This document shows, one piece after another, positions 49,296 to 59,888 of a stretch of DNA of 64,000 nucleotides. Position 1 is the first letter of the stretch. Every line of letters starts with the position of its first letter. The stretch lies in NCBI GenBank assembly GCA_963544395.1, contig CAUUFA010000005.1, forward strand, positions 7,499 through 71,498. The letters are read 5' to 3'. The stretch is from an uncultured Bacilli bacterium (GTDB lineage: Bacteria > Bacillota_I > Bacilli_A > RFN20 > CAG-288). The notes beneath the pieces are model-generated. The model did not search any database. It saw only the letters and a list, made by a program, of their open reading frames with translations, and was not told the origin of the DNA. Made by a program: the position numbers and the translations under genes.

Positions 49296-49544
49296 TTACT
49301 TAGCCGCTTCTTCAGCGACAGGAGCAGCAGTCTCAGCAACGGCTTTGGCTTCGTTGGCCTTGGCGTTCTTTCTGAGAGTCCTTAAACCGGCAGCAGAGAC
49401 TCTGACTCTCTTCTTCTTGCCATCGATGATGATGGTGGCATTCTGAAGATTGACATTCCATCTTCTGTTGGTGTGCCTCATAGAATGAGAGACATTCTTG
49501 CCATACTGCGGTTTCTTTCCAGTGACGGGGCAAACTCTAGACAT
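49296..49544 (-). CDS. rpmB: 50S ribosomal protein L28 with an Ala/Lys-rich roughly 20 aa C-terminal extension
   Basis: N-terminus MSRVCPVTGKKPQYGKNVSHSMRHTNRRWNVNLQ is L28-like. 82 aa against a typical roughly 62 aa. Confidence 0.85.
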   Translation of the reverse strand: MSRVCPVTGKKPQYGKNVSHSMRHTNRRWNVNLQNATIIIDGKKKRVRVSAAGLRTLRKNAKANEAKAVAETAAPVAEEAAK

Positions 49545-49744
49545 ATCGATAATCCTCCTAGGTTGACACGGAATGGCGTTTCAATAAAAAACGTGCTTAT
49601 AAATAATAACATAGAACCGATTTGTTCGCAACAAAGAATTTCGCATTCCGAGAGGCGGGGCTTTTCTGAGTATGACATTTTTCTTCTCTTACCTTCTGTC
49701 CAGGGCAAAAGAAAAATGATAACAAACTGCTCATTTCTACCAGC

Positions 49745-49852
49745 TAATGCATTAAATGCGTGAAAAGTGCAAAAGTCATGCGTAAAATGCTGAAAATGTG
49801 TGTTTGTAAATGCTCACTATTATTTACAATGCGCATTTTGATGAGTATAATT
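49745..49852 (+). promoter_or_regulatory. adhE promoter region with palindromes TAATGCATTA (49745-49754) and AATGCGCATT (49828-49837), and an inverted repeat TTGTAAA-N12-TTTACAA (49804-49829). -35 TTTACA (49823-49828), -10 TATAAT (49847-49852)
   Basis: Read directly from the sequence. The palindromes overlap the -35/spacer region, an operator-like arrangement. Confidence 0.35.
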
Positions 49853-49877
49853 ATCTTTGTCAAAGGAGAATGATTAC

Positions 49878-52514
49878 ATGGATCAAAAGAATGAAATCCA
49901 ACCGGATGACTCCCTCACCGATCTCATTGCCAAAGTCCGCAAAGCTCAGGAGACGTACAGCACCTACTCGCAAGAGCAGGTTGACAAGATCTTCCGAGCT
50001 GCCTCCATTGCCGCCAACAAAGCCCGTATCCCTCTTGCGAAGGAAGCTGTTGCTGAGACAGGAATGGGCATCGTTGAAGATAAGGTCATCAAAAACCATT
50101 TCGCTGCCGAGTACATCTACAACACATACAAATACACGAAGACCTGCGGTGTGATCGAGGAAGATGTCGATATGGGTTATCAGCGGATCGCTGAGCCGAT
50201 CGGCGTCATCGCCGGCATCGTTCCGACGACAAATCCGACATCCACAGCGATATTCAAAGCTCTGATTGCCCTTAAGACAAGAAACGGCATCATCTTCTCA
50301 CCCCATCCGAGAGCCAAGAAGTGCACCATCCATGCCGCGAAACTTATTTTGGAGGCGGCAGTGGAAGCTGGCGCCCCGAACGATATCATCGGCTGGATTG
50401 AGGAACCTTCCATCGAAGCTTCTTCCACGCTGATGAAGTCCTGCGATATCATCTTGGCTACTGGTGGACCGGGCATGGTCACGGCCGCTTACTCTTCCGG
50501 CAAACCCGCGATCGGTGTCGGTCCCGGAAATGCGCCAGTCATCATCGACGACACGGCCGATATCAAGATGGCGGTGTCCTCCATCATCCATTCGAAGACG
50601 TTTGATAACGGTATGATCTGCGCCTCGGAAAACTCCGTCATCGCCCTTCCCTCTGTCTATGATGCGATGAAAGAGGAGTTCCGGTATCGGGGCTGTCATT
50701 TCCTCAATGCTTCCGAGCTGGATAAAGTCCGGAAAACGATTCTTATTCACGGATCGACGAATGCGAAAATCGTCGGAAAGAAAGCCTGTGAGATCGCAGA
50801 GATGGCTGGCTTTTCTGTCGATCCTGCCACTAAACTGTTGATCGGTGAAGTCTCGGATTACTCCTTGAATGAAGAGTTTGCCCACGAGAAGCTCGCACCG
50901 GTTCTTGCAATGTATCATGCAGATGATTTCGAAGATGCGATGCTGAAGGCGGAGACGCTCGTCAAGGAAGGTGGCTATGGCCACACGGCTGACATCTATG
51001 CGGATGAGAGCCTCGGCGCCAAGCACATCCAGGAGTTTTCGAATCGGATGAAAACCTGCAGAATCTTAGTCAATTCGCCTTCGGCTTTCGGCGGGCTTGG
51101 AGATATCTACAACTTCCGCTTGAAACCTTCAATCACGCTGGGCTGTGGCTCATGGGGCGGCAACTCCGTTTCGGAGAATGTCGGCGTCCAGCAGCTGCTC
51201 AATATCAAAACCGTTGCGAAAAGGAGAGAGAATATGCTTTGGTTCAGAACCCCGAATAAGATTTTCTTCAAGCCGGGCTGTCTGCGCAATGCCTTAGATG
51301 AGCTGAATCATGTCTATCATAAGAAGAGAGCGGTCGTCGTCACTGACGGATTCCTTGCGACTTCAGGCATGGCGAAGAAGCTGACTGACATCTTGGAAGG
51401 CATCGGTATCATGACGGACGTCTTCTCTGACGTCAAGAGCGATCCAACGCTGAGCTGTGTCCGTGAGGGCGCGAAGATCTGCGAGTCCTTCAAACCCGAT
51501 GTCATCATCGCCTTAGGCGGCGGATCTCCGATGGATGCAGCAAAGATCATGTGGGTGCTCTACGAGCATCCAGAGGTCGACTTTGAAGATCTCGCCATGG
51601 ACTTCATGGATATCCGGAAGAGAATCGTCGAATTCCCCAAGATGGGAGAAAAAGCGATGCTCGTCTGCGTTCCCACCACAGCTGGAACCGGATCGGAAGT
51701 CACACCGTTTGCCATCATCACAGATGATAGCGACGGCACCAAATATCCAATCACCGATTATGAGCTGCTGCCGAACATGGCCATCATCGATTCTGATCTC
51801 ATGCTCAACATTCCGAAAGGTCTGACCAGATCCTCCGGTATCGATGCTCTGACTCACTGCATGGAAGCCTATGTCTCCACCTATGCGACCTCCTTCACCG
51901 ATGGCATCACACTCGAAGGCATCAAAGAGATCTTCGCTTATCTTCCCAGAGCCTACCACTGCGGAGCCGATGACTTAGAAGCCAGAGAGCATATGGCGCA
52001 CGCCGCCACTCTTGCCGGTATGGCTTTTGCCAACGCCTTCTTAGGTATCGATCACTCCACCGGTCACAAGCTCGGCGCCTTCCATCATCTCCCGCACGGA
52101 TACTGTGTTGAGCTGATGCTGGATGAAGTCATGAAGTTCAATGCCGGCGAAGTTCCGACGAAGATGGGTCTCTTCCCGCAGTACAAGTATCCTCACACAC
52201 TGAGAAGATACTGTGAGATCGCTGAAGCTCTCGGCATCCAAGGCAAGGATGATAAGACAAAATTCCAGCGCCTTCTGAAAAAGATCGATGATCTGAAGAG
52301 AGATATCGAGCTTCCTTTGACAATCAAAGAAGCTGGAATCGAGGAGAAAGCGTTCTTAGATTCTCTTGACGAGATGTCTGAGGAAGCATTCAATGATCAG
52401 TGCACGGGGACAAACCCGCGGTATCCGTTGATCTCGGAAATCAAAACGCTTTATCTCAAGGCATATTACGGCGAAAGCGTCTATAATAAGATGCAGGAAA
52501 CAAGCGGAAAGTGA
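49878..52514 (+). CDS. adhE: Bifunctional acetaldehyde-CoA / alcohol dehydrogenase
   Basis: About 878 aa from the ATG at 49878 (RBS AAAGGAGA at 49862-49869). N-terminal ALDH domain, C-terminal iron-type ADH domain (GGGSPMDAAK). Confidence 0.9.
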   Translation: MDQKNEIQPDDSLTDLIAKVRKAQETYSTYSQEQVDKIFRAASIAANKARIPLAKEAVAETGMGIVEDKVIKNHFAAEYIYNTYKYTKTCGVIEEDVDMGYQRIAEPIGVIAGIVPTTNPTSTAIFKALIALKTRNGIIFSPHPRAKKCTIHAAKLILEAAVEAGAPNDIIGWIEEPSIEASSTLMKSCDIILATGGPGMVTAAYSSGKPAIGVGPGNAPVIIDDTADIKMAVSSIIHSKTFDNGMICASENSVIALPSVYDAMKEEFRYRGCHFLNASELDKVRKTILIHGSTNAKIVGKKACEIAEMAGFSVDPATKLLIGEVSDYSLNEEFAHEKLAPVLAMYHADDFEDAMLKAETLVKEGGYGHTADIYADESLGAKHIQEFSNRMKTCRILVNSPSAFGGLGDIYNFRLKPSITLGCGSWGGNSVSENVGVQQLLNIKTVAKRRENMLWFRTPNKIFFKPGCLRNALDELNHVYHKKRAVVVTDGFLATSGMAKKLTDILEGIGIMTDVFSDVKSDPTLSCVREGAKICESFKPDVIIALGGGSPMDAAKIMWVLYEHPEVDFEDLAMDFMDIRKRIVEFPKMGEKAMLVCVPTTAGTGSEVTPFAIITDDSDGTKYPITDYELLPNMAIIDSDLMLNIPKGLTRSSGIDALTHCMEAYVSTYATSFTDGITLEGIKEIFAYLPRAYHCGADDLEAREHMAHAATLAGMAFANAFLGIDHSTGHKLGAFHHLPHGYCVELMLDEVMKFNAGEVPTKMGLFPQYKYPHTLRRYCEIAEALGIQGKDDKTKFQRLLKKIDDLKRDIELPLTIKEAGIEEKAFLDSLDEMSEEAFNDQCTGTNPRYPLISEIKTLYLKAYYGESVYNKMQETSGK

Positions 52515-53293
52515 GGCGCAATATGAAACAGACAAAAGATCTTGGAGAACTTTTCTTAGACAGGCATGGAAAGAAAATCTATGTCCGCGACGGCATTGTC
52601 ACCAAAGTCTACGATCATTTGAAATATTCCGGCTCCGATGTGATGAAGGAAGCGATGAATCAGCAGTACGCCTATGAGTCTGGTTTCGCTGTCCCCAAAG
52701 TGTTTGCCTTCTATCCGCTCGGAGAAGACTGGGCCTTGGAGAGTGAGGAGATCAAAGGCGAGACGATGGAATCCATGATGAAGCGGGATCCGGAGCACAA
52801 GAAAAAGTATATCTGTCAGTTGGTGAAGATTCAGATCTCCGTCCTATCGAAACTCAGCGACAACCTTAAGCTTCCGAAGCTGAAAGATAAGCTTCATGCC
52901 TATATTCAGGATTCCGGTCTTGATGCGACGACGCGCTACGACCTCAATGTCCGCTTAGAGAAGATGCCTAATCACTACAAGATGTGCCACGGCGATATCT
53001 ATCCGAACAACCTGATTCTCTCCGGAGATAAGTGGTATATCCTCGACTGGGCTCATGTCACCAGAGGAAACGCTTCGGCGGATGCAGCGATGACCTATCT
53101 GCTCTTCCTCCTCGATGGAGATGAGAGCGGGGCGAAGATGTATCTGAAGGAAATCTGCAAAAAACTGCTGGTTCCGGAAAGCTATGTCCAGAACTGGATC
53201 TCAGTCGTTTCTGCCACCAAGCTGAAGACGGCCGCCGATGAGAGAAAGAAAGAGCTGTTGATGCAGAATATTGACGTTGTCGAATACTACTGA
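52511..53293 (+). CDS. Aminoglycoside/choline-kinase-like phosphotransferase (APH family)
   Basis: 260 aa. HGDIYPNN and ILDWAH motifs. Overlaps the adhE stop by 4 nt. Confidence 0.65.
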   Translation: MRRNMKQTKDLGELFLDRHGKKIYVRDGIVTKVYDHLKYSGSDVMKEAMNQQYAYESGFAVPKVFAFYPLGEDWALESEEIKGETMESMMKRDPEHKKKYICQLVKIQISVLSKLSDNLKLPKLKDKLHAYIQDSGLDATTRYDLNVRLEKMPNHYKMCHGDIYPNNLILSGDKWYILDWAHVTRGNASADAAMTYLLFLLDGDESGAKMYLKEICKKLLVPESYVQNWISVVSATKLKTAADERKKELLMQNIDVVEYY

Positions 53294-53310
53294 ACGATGA
53301 TCTGTAAAGC

Positions 53311-53342
53311 GCCGGCGAGGAATACCTCGCTGGTGTTTTTTT
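53311..53342 (+). terminator. Rho-independent terminator after the APH-like gene
   Basis: gccggcgagg (53311-53320), loop aata, cctcgctggtg (53325-53335), then T7. Confidence 0.5.
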
Positions 53343-53474
53343 GGTTGAAACAATATAAGACCGACATATGGTTTCCTGCTTTGACCGTTTTGATGTCCGT
53401 TCCGGACTTTGAAAAGCGATTTCGGTTTTAGTAAAATAAAGACACGTACGAATCAGTGAGGTATAAAGACTATC

Positions 53475-54578
53475 GTGGATGATCCTGCGTCGCAACATTT
53501 GATTTGGGGCATGCCCCTCTGGGCATGTTGGATCTGTATAGGTGTTCTGCTGATCATGACCGGTATGTTCTCAGCCAGCGAGAACGCTTTTACTAACTGC
53601 AACAAATATCATTTCCGCGCGGAAGCCGAAAAAGGCAAGCGCTATGCCAAAGTCATCACGTATCTTGTCGATCATTTCGACAACACGTTAGTGACGGTCC
53701 TTGTCTCTTCCAACACTGTGGCGACGATCATGTCCTTCCTTTCGGCGATGATCTGGCTGCAGATTTCGACAATCCATCACTGGGGAAACGGCGTTGAAGC
53801 TCTGTTCTCCACGGTGGTGATGGGCTTTCTCTTCTATGTGATTTCTGACACGATCCCCAAAGTCATCTCCAAAGCGATTTCGGATCAGATGGCGATCGTC
53901 ATGTGCTACCCTTTGGTGACACTTCGATTCCTGCTTTTCCCAATCATTCTGGTATTCCGTGGCCTGCTGAAGATGATTCATCACATCTTTCACCTGAAAG
54001 ATCAGAATCTGCTCTCGAAGGAAAAGATTCTTCTCACGGCATCTCAGGCGGTCAATGATGAGACGATCATCGAAGAGGATACGGGAGCGCCGGAGAAGCT
54101 TTTTGAAGCCGATGAAACGAAGCTGATGAACAATGTTCTGACCTTTGATACCAGAATGGTCCGTCAGGTGTTTACGCCATTAGATAAAGCTTTTGAAATC
54201 AACAAGGAAGGCCTGACGACAGAATCGCTGAATCAAGCGATTCAAGAGATGGAATACAGCCGTATTCCCGTGTTTGAAGACCGCCGTGACAACATCATCG
54301 GAATCCTTGTCATCAAAACGTATTTTGAAGAATATATCAAGGACCGTCATCTTTCCATACCCTCGATTTTAGAAGACGTTGTTTATATCGATGTCAACGA
54401 GAACCTCGATGATGCTTTCGATCACCTCAACCGGGAAAAAGTCCATCTTGGCGTGGTCAGGGATCGGGAGAGGACAATCGGCATCATCTCGATGGACGAC
54501 ATCTTAGAAGAGCTGGTGGATGACCTAGGCGAAGAGGAACAACATGTTCCGCTGAGAAAGGCGGAACAGCATGAATAG
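53475..54578 (+). CDS. CNNM/DUF21 transmembrane domain plus CBS pair plus CorC_HlyC (TlyC/CorC-family) protein
   Basis: 367 aa, GTG start. MFSASENAF DUF21 signature. CBS-pair region. Confidence 0.72.
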   Translation: MDDPASQHLIWGMPLWACWICIGVLLIMTGMFSASENAFTNCNKYHFRAEAEKGKRYAKVITYLVDHFDNTLVTVLVSSNTVATIMSFLSAMIWLQISTIHHWGNGVEALFSTVVMGFLFYVISDTIPKVISKAISDQMAIVMCYPLVTLRFLLFPIILVFRGLLKMIHHIFHLKDQNLLSKEKILLTASQAVNDETIIEEDTGAPEKLFEADETKLMNNVLTFDTRMVRQVFTPLDKAFEINKEGLTTESLNQAIQEMEYSRIPVFEDRRDNIIGILVIKTYFEEYIKDRHLSIPSILEDVVYIDVNENLDDAFDHLNREKVHLGVVRDRERTIGIISMDDILEELVDDLGEEEQHVPLRKAEQHE

Positions 54579-55893
54579 AATCATTCTGATTGTTGTCTAC
54601 AGTTGCCTGCTTCTGATCTTTCTCTCTTTAAGCTTCCTCTTTTCCAGTGCGGATATGGCGTATGGCTCGGTGGATGTGACTCGTTTGGATAAGGCGATTG
54701 CGGATCATCCGAAGCAGACGAAATTTACTATTGCCCGCAAGCTCAGTCTTCAATACGACAAAACCATCTCGACCATTCTCTTCCTCAACGATACGGTGAA
54801 CGCCGGTCTCGACTCCATCTCTACCCTCCTCGGCGTCAATCTCTGTTACTTGGTCCTGACCGAGAGCGCTGAGAATGTGGCTGCTCAGGCTCAGACCTGG
54901 GGTCTTATCGCCTCTATGATCGTTCTGCTTCTGAAGATCACTTTTGGTGAGATTGTTCCGAAATCTGTTTCCAAGATCAAAAACTTCTCTCTCTCTGTCG
55001 CCTATGCCAAGATGATGCGGATTCTGATCTATGCTTTCACGCCGATCACTTATCCGGTCTCTAAGCTTGGCAGCGCCTTCGGCTCACTGTTCAAAAAGAG
55101 CGTTCCTCTGGTGGAAGTCGGGGAAGATGATCTTCATGAGATGATCGACGATATCGAAGAAAACGGCCAGGTCGATGAAGAAAAAGCTGACATGCTTCAC
55201 GACACCATCAAATATACGCATACGGAGGCAGCGGAGATCATGACACCGCGCGTCGATGTCTACGCCATTGACATCGATGATCCGATTGAAGAGGTTCTTG
55301 CGGATTCTAAGCTCTTCAAGCATTCCCGGGTTCCTGTCTATCAAGGAACGATCGACAATGTCATCGGTTTTGTCCGCGCTAAGGATCTGATGCTTCAGAT
55401 TCTGAAAGAGGAACCGGTTCAGCTTCAGAACCTTTTAAGGGAGCCTCTGAGATTTCCGAAATCGGCGGAGATCAATGATATTCTCCGGGCGTTTAAGAAG
55501 ACGAAAAAGCATTTTGCCTTGGTTATGGATGAGTACGGAGGCGTGGATGGTGTCATCACGATGGAAGATGTGCTTGAGGATATCGTCGGCGAGATCTGGG
55601 ACGAGAAAGACAGACCGCTTGATCCGATCGTCGAGCGAAAAGACGGGTCTTATATCATCGATGGAAATGTCACGTTGGAAGACTTCTGCGACCTCTTCGG
55701 TATCGATTTTCAGAAGATCGATACGGAGTATCTCACCATCGGCGGATTTGTCATCGAACTTCTGGATGACCGCTTCGCCAAAGTCGGGGATCAGATGGAT
55801 TTCGAAGGTGTCCATATTGAGATCATTGCGGTGGATGATACCGGGACGGTCGATCGTTTGATCGCCAAAAAGAACGAAGACGAAGAAGAGTGA
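54571..55893 (+). CDS. Second CNNM/DUF21-CBS-CorC_HlyC paralog
   Basis: 440 aa. Overlaps the previous gene by 8 nt. FSSADMAY DUF21 signature, CBS pair, CorC_HlyC C-terminus. Confidence 0.72.
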   Translation: MNRIILIVVYSCLLLIFLSLSFLFSSADMAYGSVDVTRLDKAIADHPKQTKFTIARKLSLQYDKTISTILFLNDTVNAGLDSISTLLGVNLCYLVLTESAENVAAQAQTWGLIASMIVLLLKITFGEIVPKSVSKIKNFSLSVAYAKMMRILIYAFTPITYPVSKLGSAFGSLFKKSVPLVEVGEDDLHEMIDDIEENGQVDEEKADMLHDTIKYTHTEAAEIMTPRVDVYAIDIDDPIEEVLADSKLFKHSRVPVYQGTIDNVIGFVRAKDLMLQILKEEPVQLQNLLREPLRFPKSAEINDILRAFKKTKKHFALVMDEYGGVDGVITMEDVLEDIVGEIWDEKDRPLDPIVERKDGSYIIDGNVTLEDFCDLFGIDFQKIDTEYLTIGGFVIELLDDRFAKVGDQMDFEGVHIEIIAVDDTGTVDRLIAKKNEDEEE

Positions 55894-55903
55894 TCATCGC
55901 TGA

Positions 55904-56806
55904 CTATTCGAGGTAAAGGGAAGAGAGCTGATCGAGTTCTATCTCGTTAAGACCGAGTGCGTTTTTCCAATAGCGATGGATTCCTCCGAAGCGGGTATCG
56001 ACCTCATCGATCGCTGCCCGGATCCAGTTCTCCTGGACACCAGAGAGCATCAAGACGGAAGAGATTAGTTTTTCATCTGTCACACCATGGTTTAACAGAT
56101 ACTCTCTCCGCTGGCTTTTTCGTGCTTGGAAGCAAATCTCGCTTTCCAGATAATCCTGAATGATATCACGATCTTCAACGCCTAACGCTTTCAGAAAGAG
56201 CATCGCAGCGACACCGGTTCTGTCCTTGCCGCTCGCACAGTGGAAAAGCATCGAACCTTCCTTGTGATCGAGAGCAAGGAGAAAGAATTCTCTCCAGCAA
56301 TGTATCGCCTGAGCGGAGTTCACACTCTGGCGATACACAGCCTCCATCGCTTTGCTGCAGTCTCCGTTCGTATCAATTTTATAGAGGTACTCGATTGTCC
56401 TCATCAGGCGGTCGTCCACGTTAAAGACAGGGGTTTTGGGATTGTGTGGCAGGTCACCGTCATGTTCGATCCGGATCGGAAGAGAGAGGTGTTTGACACC
56501 GGGAATCGGTTTATCCTCTGCCGGATTGATCTCATGATTTCCCCGAAGGTCAATGACATAACGGAGATGGTAGACTTCCATCAGCGCACGGATATCTTGT
56601 GCAGTGATGCGGCTGAGGTTATCGCTTCTCAGCATCTTCTGATACTGGGTATGTTTTCCTGCTTTTCCCATAAAACCACCGAGATCTCTCGCGTTGGATA
56701 AGCCTTCAAAAGGCAGGTGTTCTAAGCGTCCATCCATCTCTGTACTCCTTTCTGAATCTTGTTTTGATAATAAAAGCCTCCTCGATCGGGAGAAGGCTTG
56801 AATCAC
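55904..56806 (-). CDS. Protein tyrosine/Ser phosphatase (Tyr_phosphatase_3-like), CX5R active site HCASGKDRTG
   Basis: 300 aa. P-loop HCASGKDRTG. Confidence 0.7.
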   Translation of the reverse strand: MIQAFSRSRRLLLSKQDSERSTEMDGRLEHLPFEGLSNARDLGGFMGKAGKHTQYQKMLRSDNLSRITAQDIRALMEVYHLRYVIDLRGNHEINPAEDKPIPGVKHLSLPIRIEHDGDLPHNPKTPVFNVDDRLMRTIEYLYKIDTNGDCSKAMEAVYRQSVNSAQAIHCWREFFLLALDHKEGSMLFHCASGKDRTGVAAMLFLKALGVEDRDIIQDYLESEICFQARKSQRREYLLNHGVTDEKLISSVLMLSGVQENWIRAAIDEVDTRFGGIHRYWKNALGLNEIELDQLSSLYLE

Positions 56807-57933
56807 TATTTGGTCATCTTGCGTTTGAGCCAGCTGAAGATCCCGCCTTTGCTCTGCTCCGCATCATCGAACTTCTTGACCAGATCGATCTGCTCTTTAG
56901 TCAGGGATTTCGGGAATTTGACATTGACCGTGATGAATTCGTCACCAATTTTTCCGCTCGGAAGCGTGATGCCCTTTCTGCCGAGCTTGAGAATCGTACC
57001 CGATTCACAGCAGGGAGGGATCGTGAGATCGACTTCGCCGTTGACGGTAGGAACAGTGATGACAGCGCCAAGCAGGGCATCGCTGACAGAGACAGGAATC
57101 GTCAGGTAGACATCCGCTCCCTTGCGGATGAACTTCTGCGATGGGGTGACTTCGATCTCAATGATCAGATCGCCGTTTGGACCGCCATTGACACCAGGCT
57201 CGCCCTTTCCGGAAATCTTGATCCGATCGCCGGTATCGACACCATTGGGGATGTTGACGGAGATGGTCTCATCCACGTGCACTCTTCCGCTGCCGTGACA
57301 GCGCATGCATTTGGAGGTGACTTTCTTTCCGGTTCCATGGCAGTCCGGGCAGATTTCCTCACTTTCCATTACACCGAAGATGGTCTGACGGCGGGTGCGG
57401 ACTCTCCCGCTTCCTCCGCAGGTCGGACATGTCTTGATGTCCGCCTTGGACTTCGCACCAGTTCCTTGACAATCCGGGCACGTGTCGACATAGCTTAACG
57501 GAATATCGACTTTCGTCCCTTTCACGGCCTGATCGAAGTTGATCTTGACGGTGATTCCGCGGTCAGAGCCTCGGCGTGGCATATTTCTTCCTCCAGTAGA
57601 TCTACCGCCTCCGCCAAAGAACTGAGAGAAGATATCGCCAAGGTCTCCAAAATCAGAAAAATCAGCTTGCGAATTGAATCCGTTCTGGAAGCCATTCTGT
57701 CCGTTGTTATCAAAAGCGGCCATACCGAATTGGTCGTATTGCTGGCGTTTGTTCGGATCTCCTAAAACTTCGTACGCTTCGGTCGCTTCCTTGAACTTCT
57801 CGGGAGCATCGGCATCATGGTTGATGTCAGGATGATATTTTTTGGCTAATTTTCGGTAAGCAGATTTGATCTCGTCCGGAGTCGCGGTTTTGCTCACACC
57901 CAGGACTTCGTAGTAATCTCGTTTATCGGCCAT
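56806..57933 (-). CDS. dnaJ: Chaperone DnaJ
   Basis: J-domain with HPD. Gly/Phe-rich region. Four CxxCxGxG zinc-finger repeats. Confidence 0.92.
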   Translation of the reverse strand: MADKRDYYEVLGVSKTATPDEIKSAYRKLAKKYHPDINHDADAPEKFKEATEAYEVLGDPNKRQQYDQFGMAAFDNNGQNGFQNGFNSQADFSDFGDLGDIFSQFFGGGGRSTGGRNMPRRGSDRGITVKINFDQAVKGTKVDIPLSYVDTCPDCQGTGAKSKADIKTCPTCGGSGRVRTRRQTIFGVMESEEICPDCHGTGKKVTSKCMRCHGSGRVHVDETISVNIPNGVDTGDRIKISGKGEPGVNGGPNGDLIIEIEVTPSQKFIRKGADVYLTIPVSVSDALLGAVITVPTVNGEVDLTIPPCCESGTILKLGRKGITLPSGKIGDEFITVNVKFPKSLTKEQIDLVKKFDDAEQSKGGIFSWLKRKMTK

Positions 57934-57999
57934 ATGAGCCTCCTATTGAAAGATGCCCGGAGTTTTTGCCGGGCATCACTTTTGCATGAAGAATCGACG

Positions 58000-59868
58000 T
58001 TACTTGTTATCTTTCTTTTCGGTGAAGGTGGCATCGACGACATGAGGATCATTGGCATCAGAAGAGGTGCTCTGCTGCTCGCCGCCGGCGGTTGAGGTCG
58101 ACTGCTGGGCCTGAGCCTGAGCCGAAGCCTGATAGGCCTGATTGGCGGCCTGCTGAAGCTGAGCGATCTTCGCCCGGACCGCATCGAGGTCGTTCTTGTC
58201 GAGATCAGCCTTGATTTCATCTCTGATCTTGGTGACGGAGGCTTTGGTCTGCTCATCCATCGGATGGGCGGTGTCGTTGACCTGTCTGTCGATCTGATCG
58301 ATCAGAGACTGCGCTTCATTTCTGGTATCAGCATCCTGCTTTCTCTTATCATCTTCAGCCTTATGAGCTTCGGCTTCCTTGACCATCTTATCGATATCTT
58401 CTTTGCTTAAGCCAGAGGAGTTGGAGATGGTGATGTGCTGCTCGGCATTGGTGTCGAGATCCTTGGCAGAGACAGAGACGATGCCGTTGACATCGATGGA
58501 GAAGGTGACCTGAATTCTCGGCTCACCGCGACGGGCAGGACGGATACCTTCGAGCTTGAATCTGCCCAAGAACTTGTTGTCCTGAGCCATCGGACGCTCG
58601 CCCTGGAAAACCTGAATCTCAACGCCGGGCTGATTATCCTCCGCGGTGGAGAAAATCTGCTGACGGGTGGTCGGGATGGTGGTGTTCCGAGGAATGAGAG
58701 CGGTCATGACACCTCCTAAGGTTTCGATACCTAAGGTGAGAGGTGTGACATCGAGAAGGACTACATCCTTGACGTCGCCACGGATGACACCGCCCTGAAT
58801 GGCGGCGCCGACAGAGACCGCTTCATCCGGGTTGACGGACTGATTAGGCTTCTTGCCGTTGTTGACTCTGGTGATCATATCGACGACGGCCGGCATTCTC
58901 GTAGAGCCGCCGACCAAGATGATATCGTCAAGATCGGAGACGGAGAGCTTCGCATCCGCTAAGGCCTTGTTGAGAGGCTCTTCGCAGCGTCTGAGCAAGT
59001 CAGCGGTAAGATCCTGGAACTTGGCGCGGGTGAGTGTGGTCTCGAAGTTGACCGGAGCGCCGTCCTTGAAGCCGATGTAAGGCAAGGAGATGATGGTCTC
59101 GGTCTGAGCGGAGAGGTTGATCTTCGCTTTTTCCGCCTCATCGCGAAGTCTCTGCATCGTCGGACGATCCTTCGGATTGGTGTCGCTGATCTCGATGCCG
59201 CACTGCTTGGCAATCTCGGATCTGAGCCAATCCATAATGTGCCTATCCCAGTCATCGCCACCGAGGTTGGTGTCGCCGGAAGTCGCAAGGACTTCAAACG
59301 TGCCATCGCCGATATCGAGGATGGAGACATCGAGCGTGCCACCGCCTAAATCGAAGACCATGATCTTGCCGACCTTCTTGGAATCCATACCGTAAGCCAG
59401 AGCGGCTGCGGTAGGCTCAGAGATGACACGGACGACATCCAAACCGGCGATGGTGCCGGCGTTCTTCGTCGCCTGTCTCTGGTCATCGTTGAAGTAGGCA
59501 GGGCAGGTGATGACCGCCTTCTTGACCTCGTGGCCGATGTACTTCTCGGCGTAGGTTTTCATATAGGAGAGGATCTTAGCGGAAATTTCCTCCGGTGTGA
59601 AGTTCTTGTTTAGACAGGAGATGTGGACCGTTTCTCTGGTTCCCATCTTTCTCTTGATGGAGTGGATGGTGTCAGGGTTGGTCAGAAGCATACGTTTTGC
59701 AGCGTTGCCGACGATCTCATCGCCGTCGGCTTTGAACGAGACGACAGACGGACAGGTGTTGGTGCCTTCCGGTGAGGGAATGACTTTCACCGTCTGATCT
59801 TCCTGCATATAAGAGACGACAGAGTTGGTCGTACCTAAATCGATACCTAAGATTGTTTCTTTAGCCAT
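58000..59868 (-). CDS. dnaK: Chaperone DnaK (Hsp70)
   Basis: 622 aa. IDLGTTNS and DLGGGTLD motifs. Confidence 0.95.
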   Translation of the reverse strand: MAKETILGIDLGTTNSVVSYMQEDQTVKVIPSPEGTNTCPSVVSFKADGDEIVGNAAKRMLLTNPDTIHSIKRKMGTRETVHISCLNKNFTPEEISAKILSYMKTYAEKYIGHEVKKAVITCPAYFNDDQRQATKNAGTIAGLDVVRVISEPTAAALAYGMDSKKVGKIMVFDLGGGTLDVSILDIGDGTFEVLATSGDTNLGGDDWDRHIMDWLRSEIAKQCGIEISDTNPKDRPTMQRLRDEAEKAKINLSAQTETIISLPYIGFKDGAPVNFETTLTRAKFQDLTADLLRRCEEPLNKALADAKLSVSDLDDIILVGGSTRMPAVVDMITRVNNGKKPNQSVNPDEAVSVGAAIQGGVIRGDVKDVVLLDVTPLTLGIETLGGVMTALIPRNTTIPTTRQQIFSTAEDNQPGVEIQVFQGERPMAQDNKFLGRFKLEGIRPARRGEPRIQVTFSIDVNGIVSVSAKDLDTNAEQHITISNSSGLSKEDIDKMVKEAEAHKAEDDKRKQDADTRNEAQSLIDQIDRQVNDTAHPMDEQTKASVTKIRDEIKADLDKNDLDAVRAKIAQLQQAANQAYQASAQAQAQQSTSTAGGEQQSTSSDANDPHVVDATFTEKKDNK

Positions 59869-59888
59869 AATAGTTTTTTAACCTCCGT

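Noticed and set aside
49804-49829. Inverted repeat TTGTAAA-N12-TTTACAA upstream of adhE, considered as a Rex box.
   Set aside because: The spacing (12) and half-site sequence differ from the Rex consensus TTGTGAA-N4-TTCACAA. It is kept only as an unassigned operator candidate.
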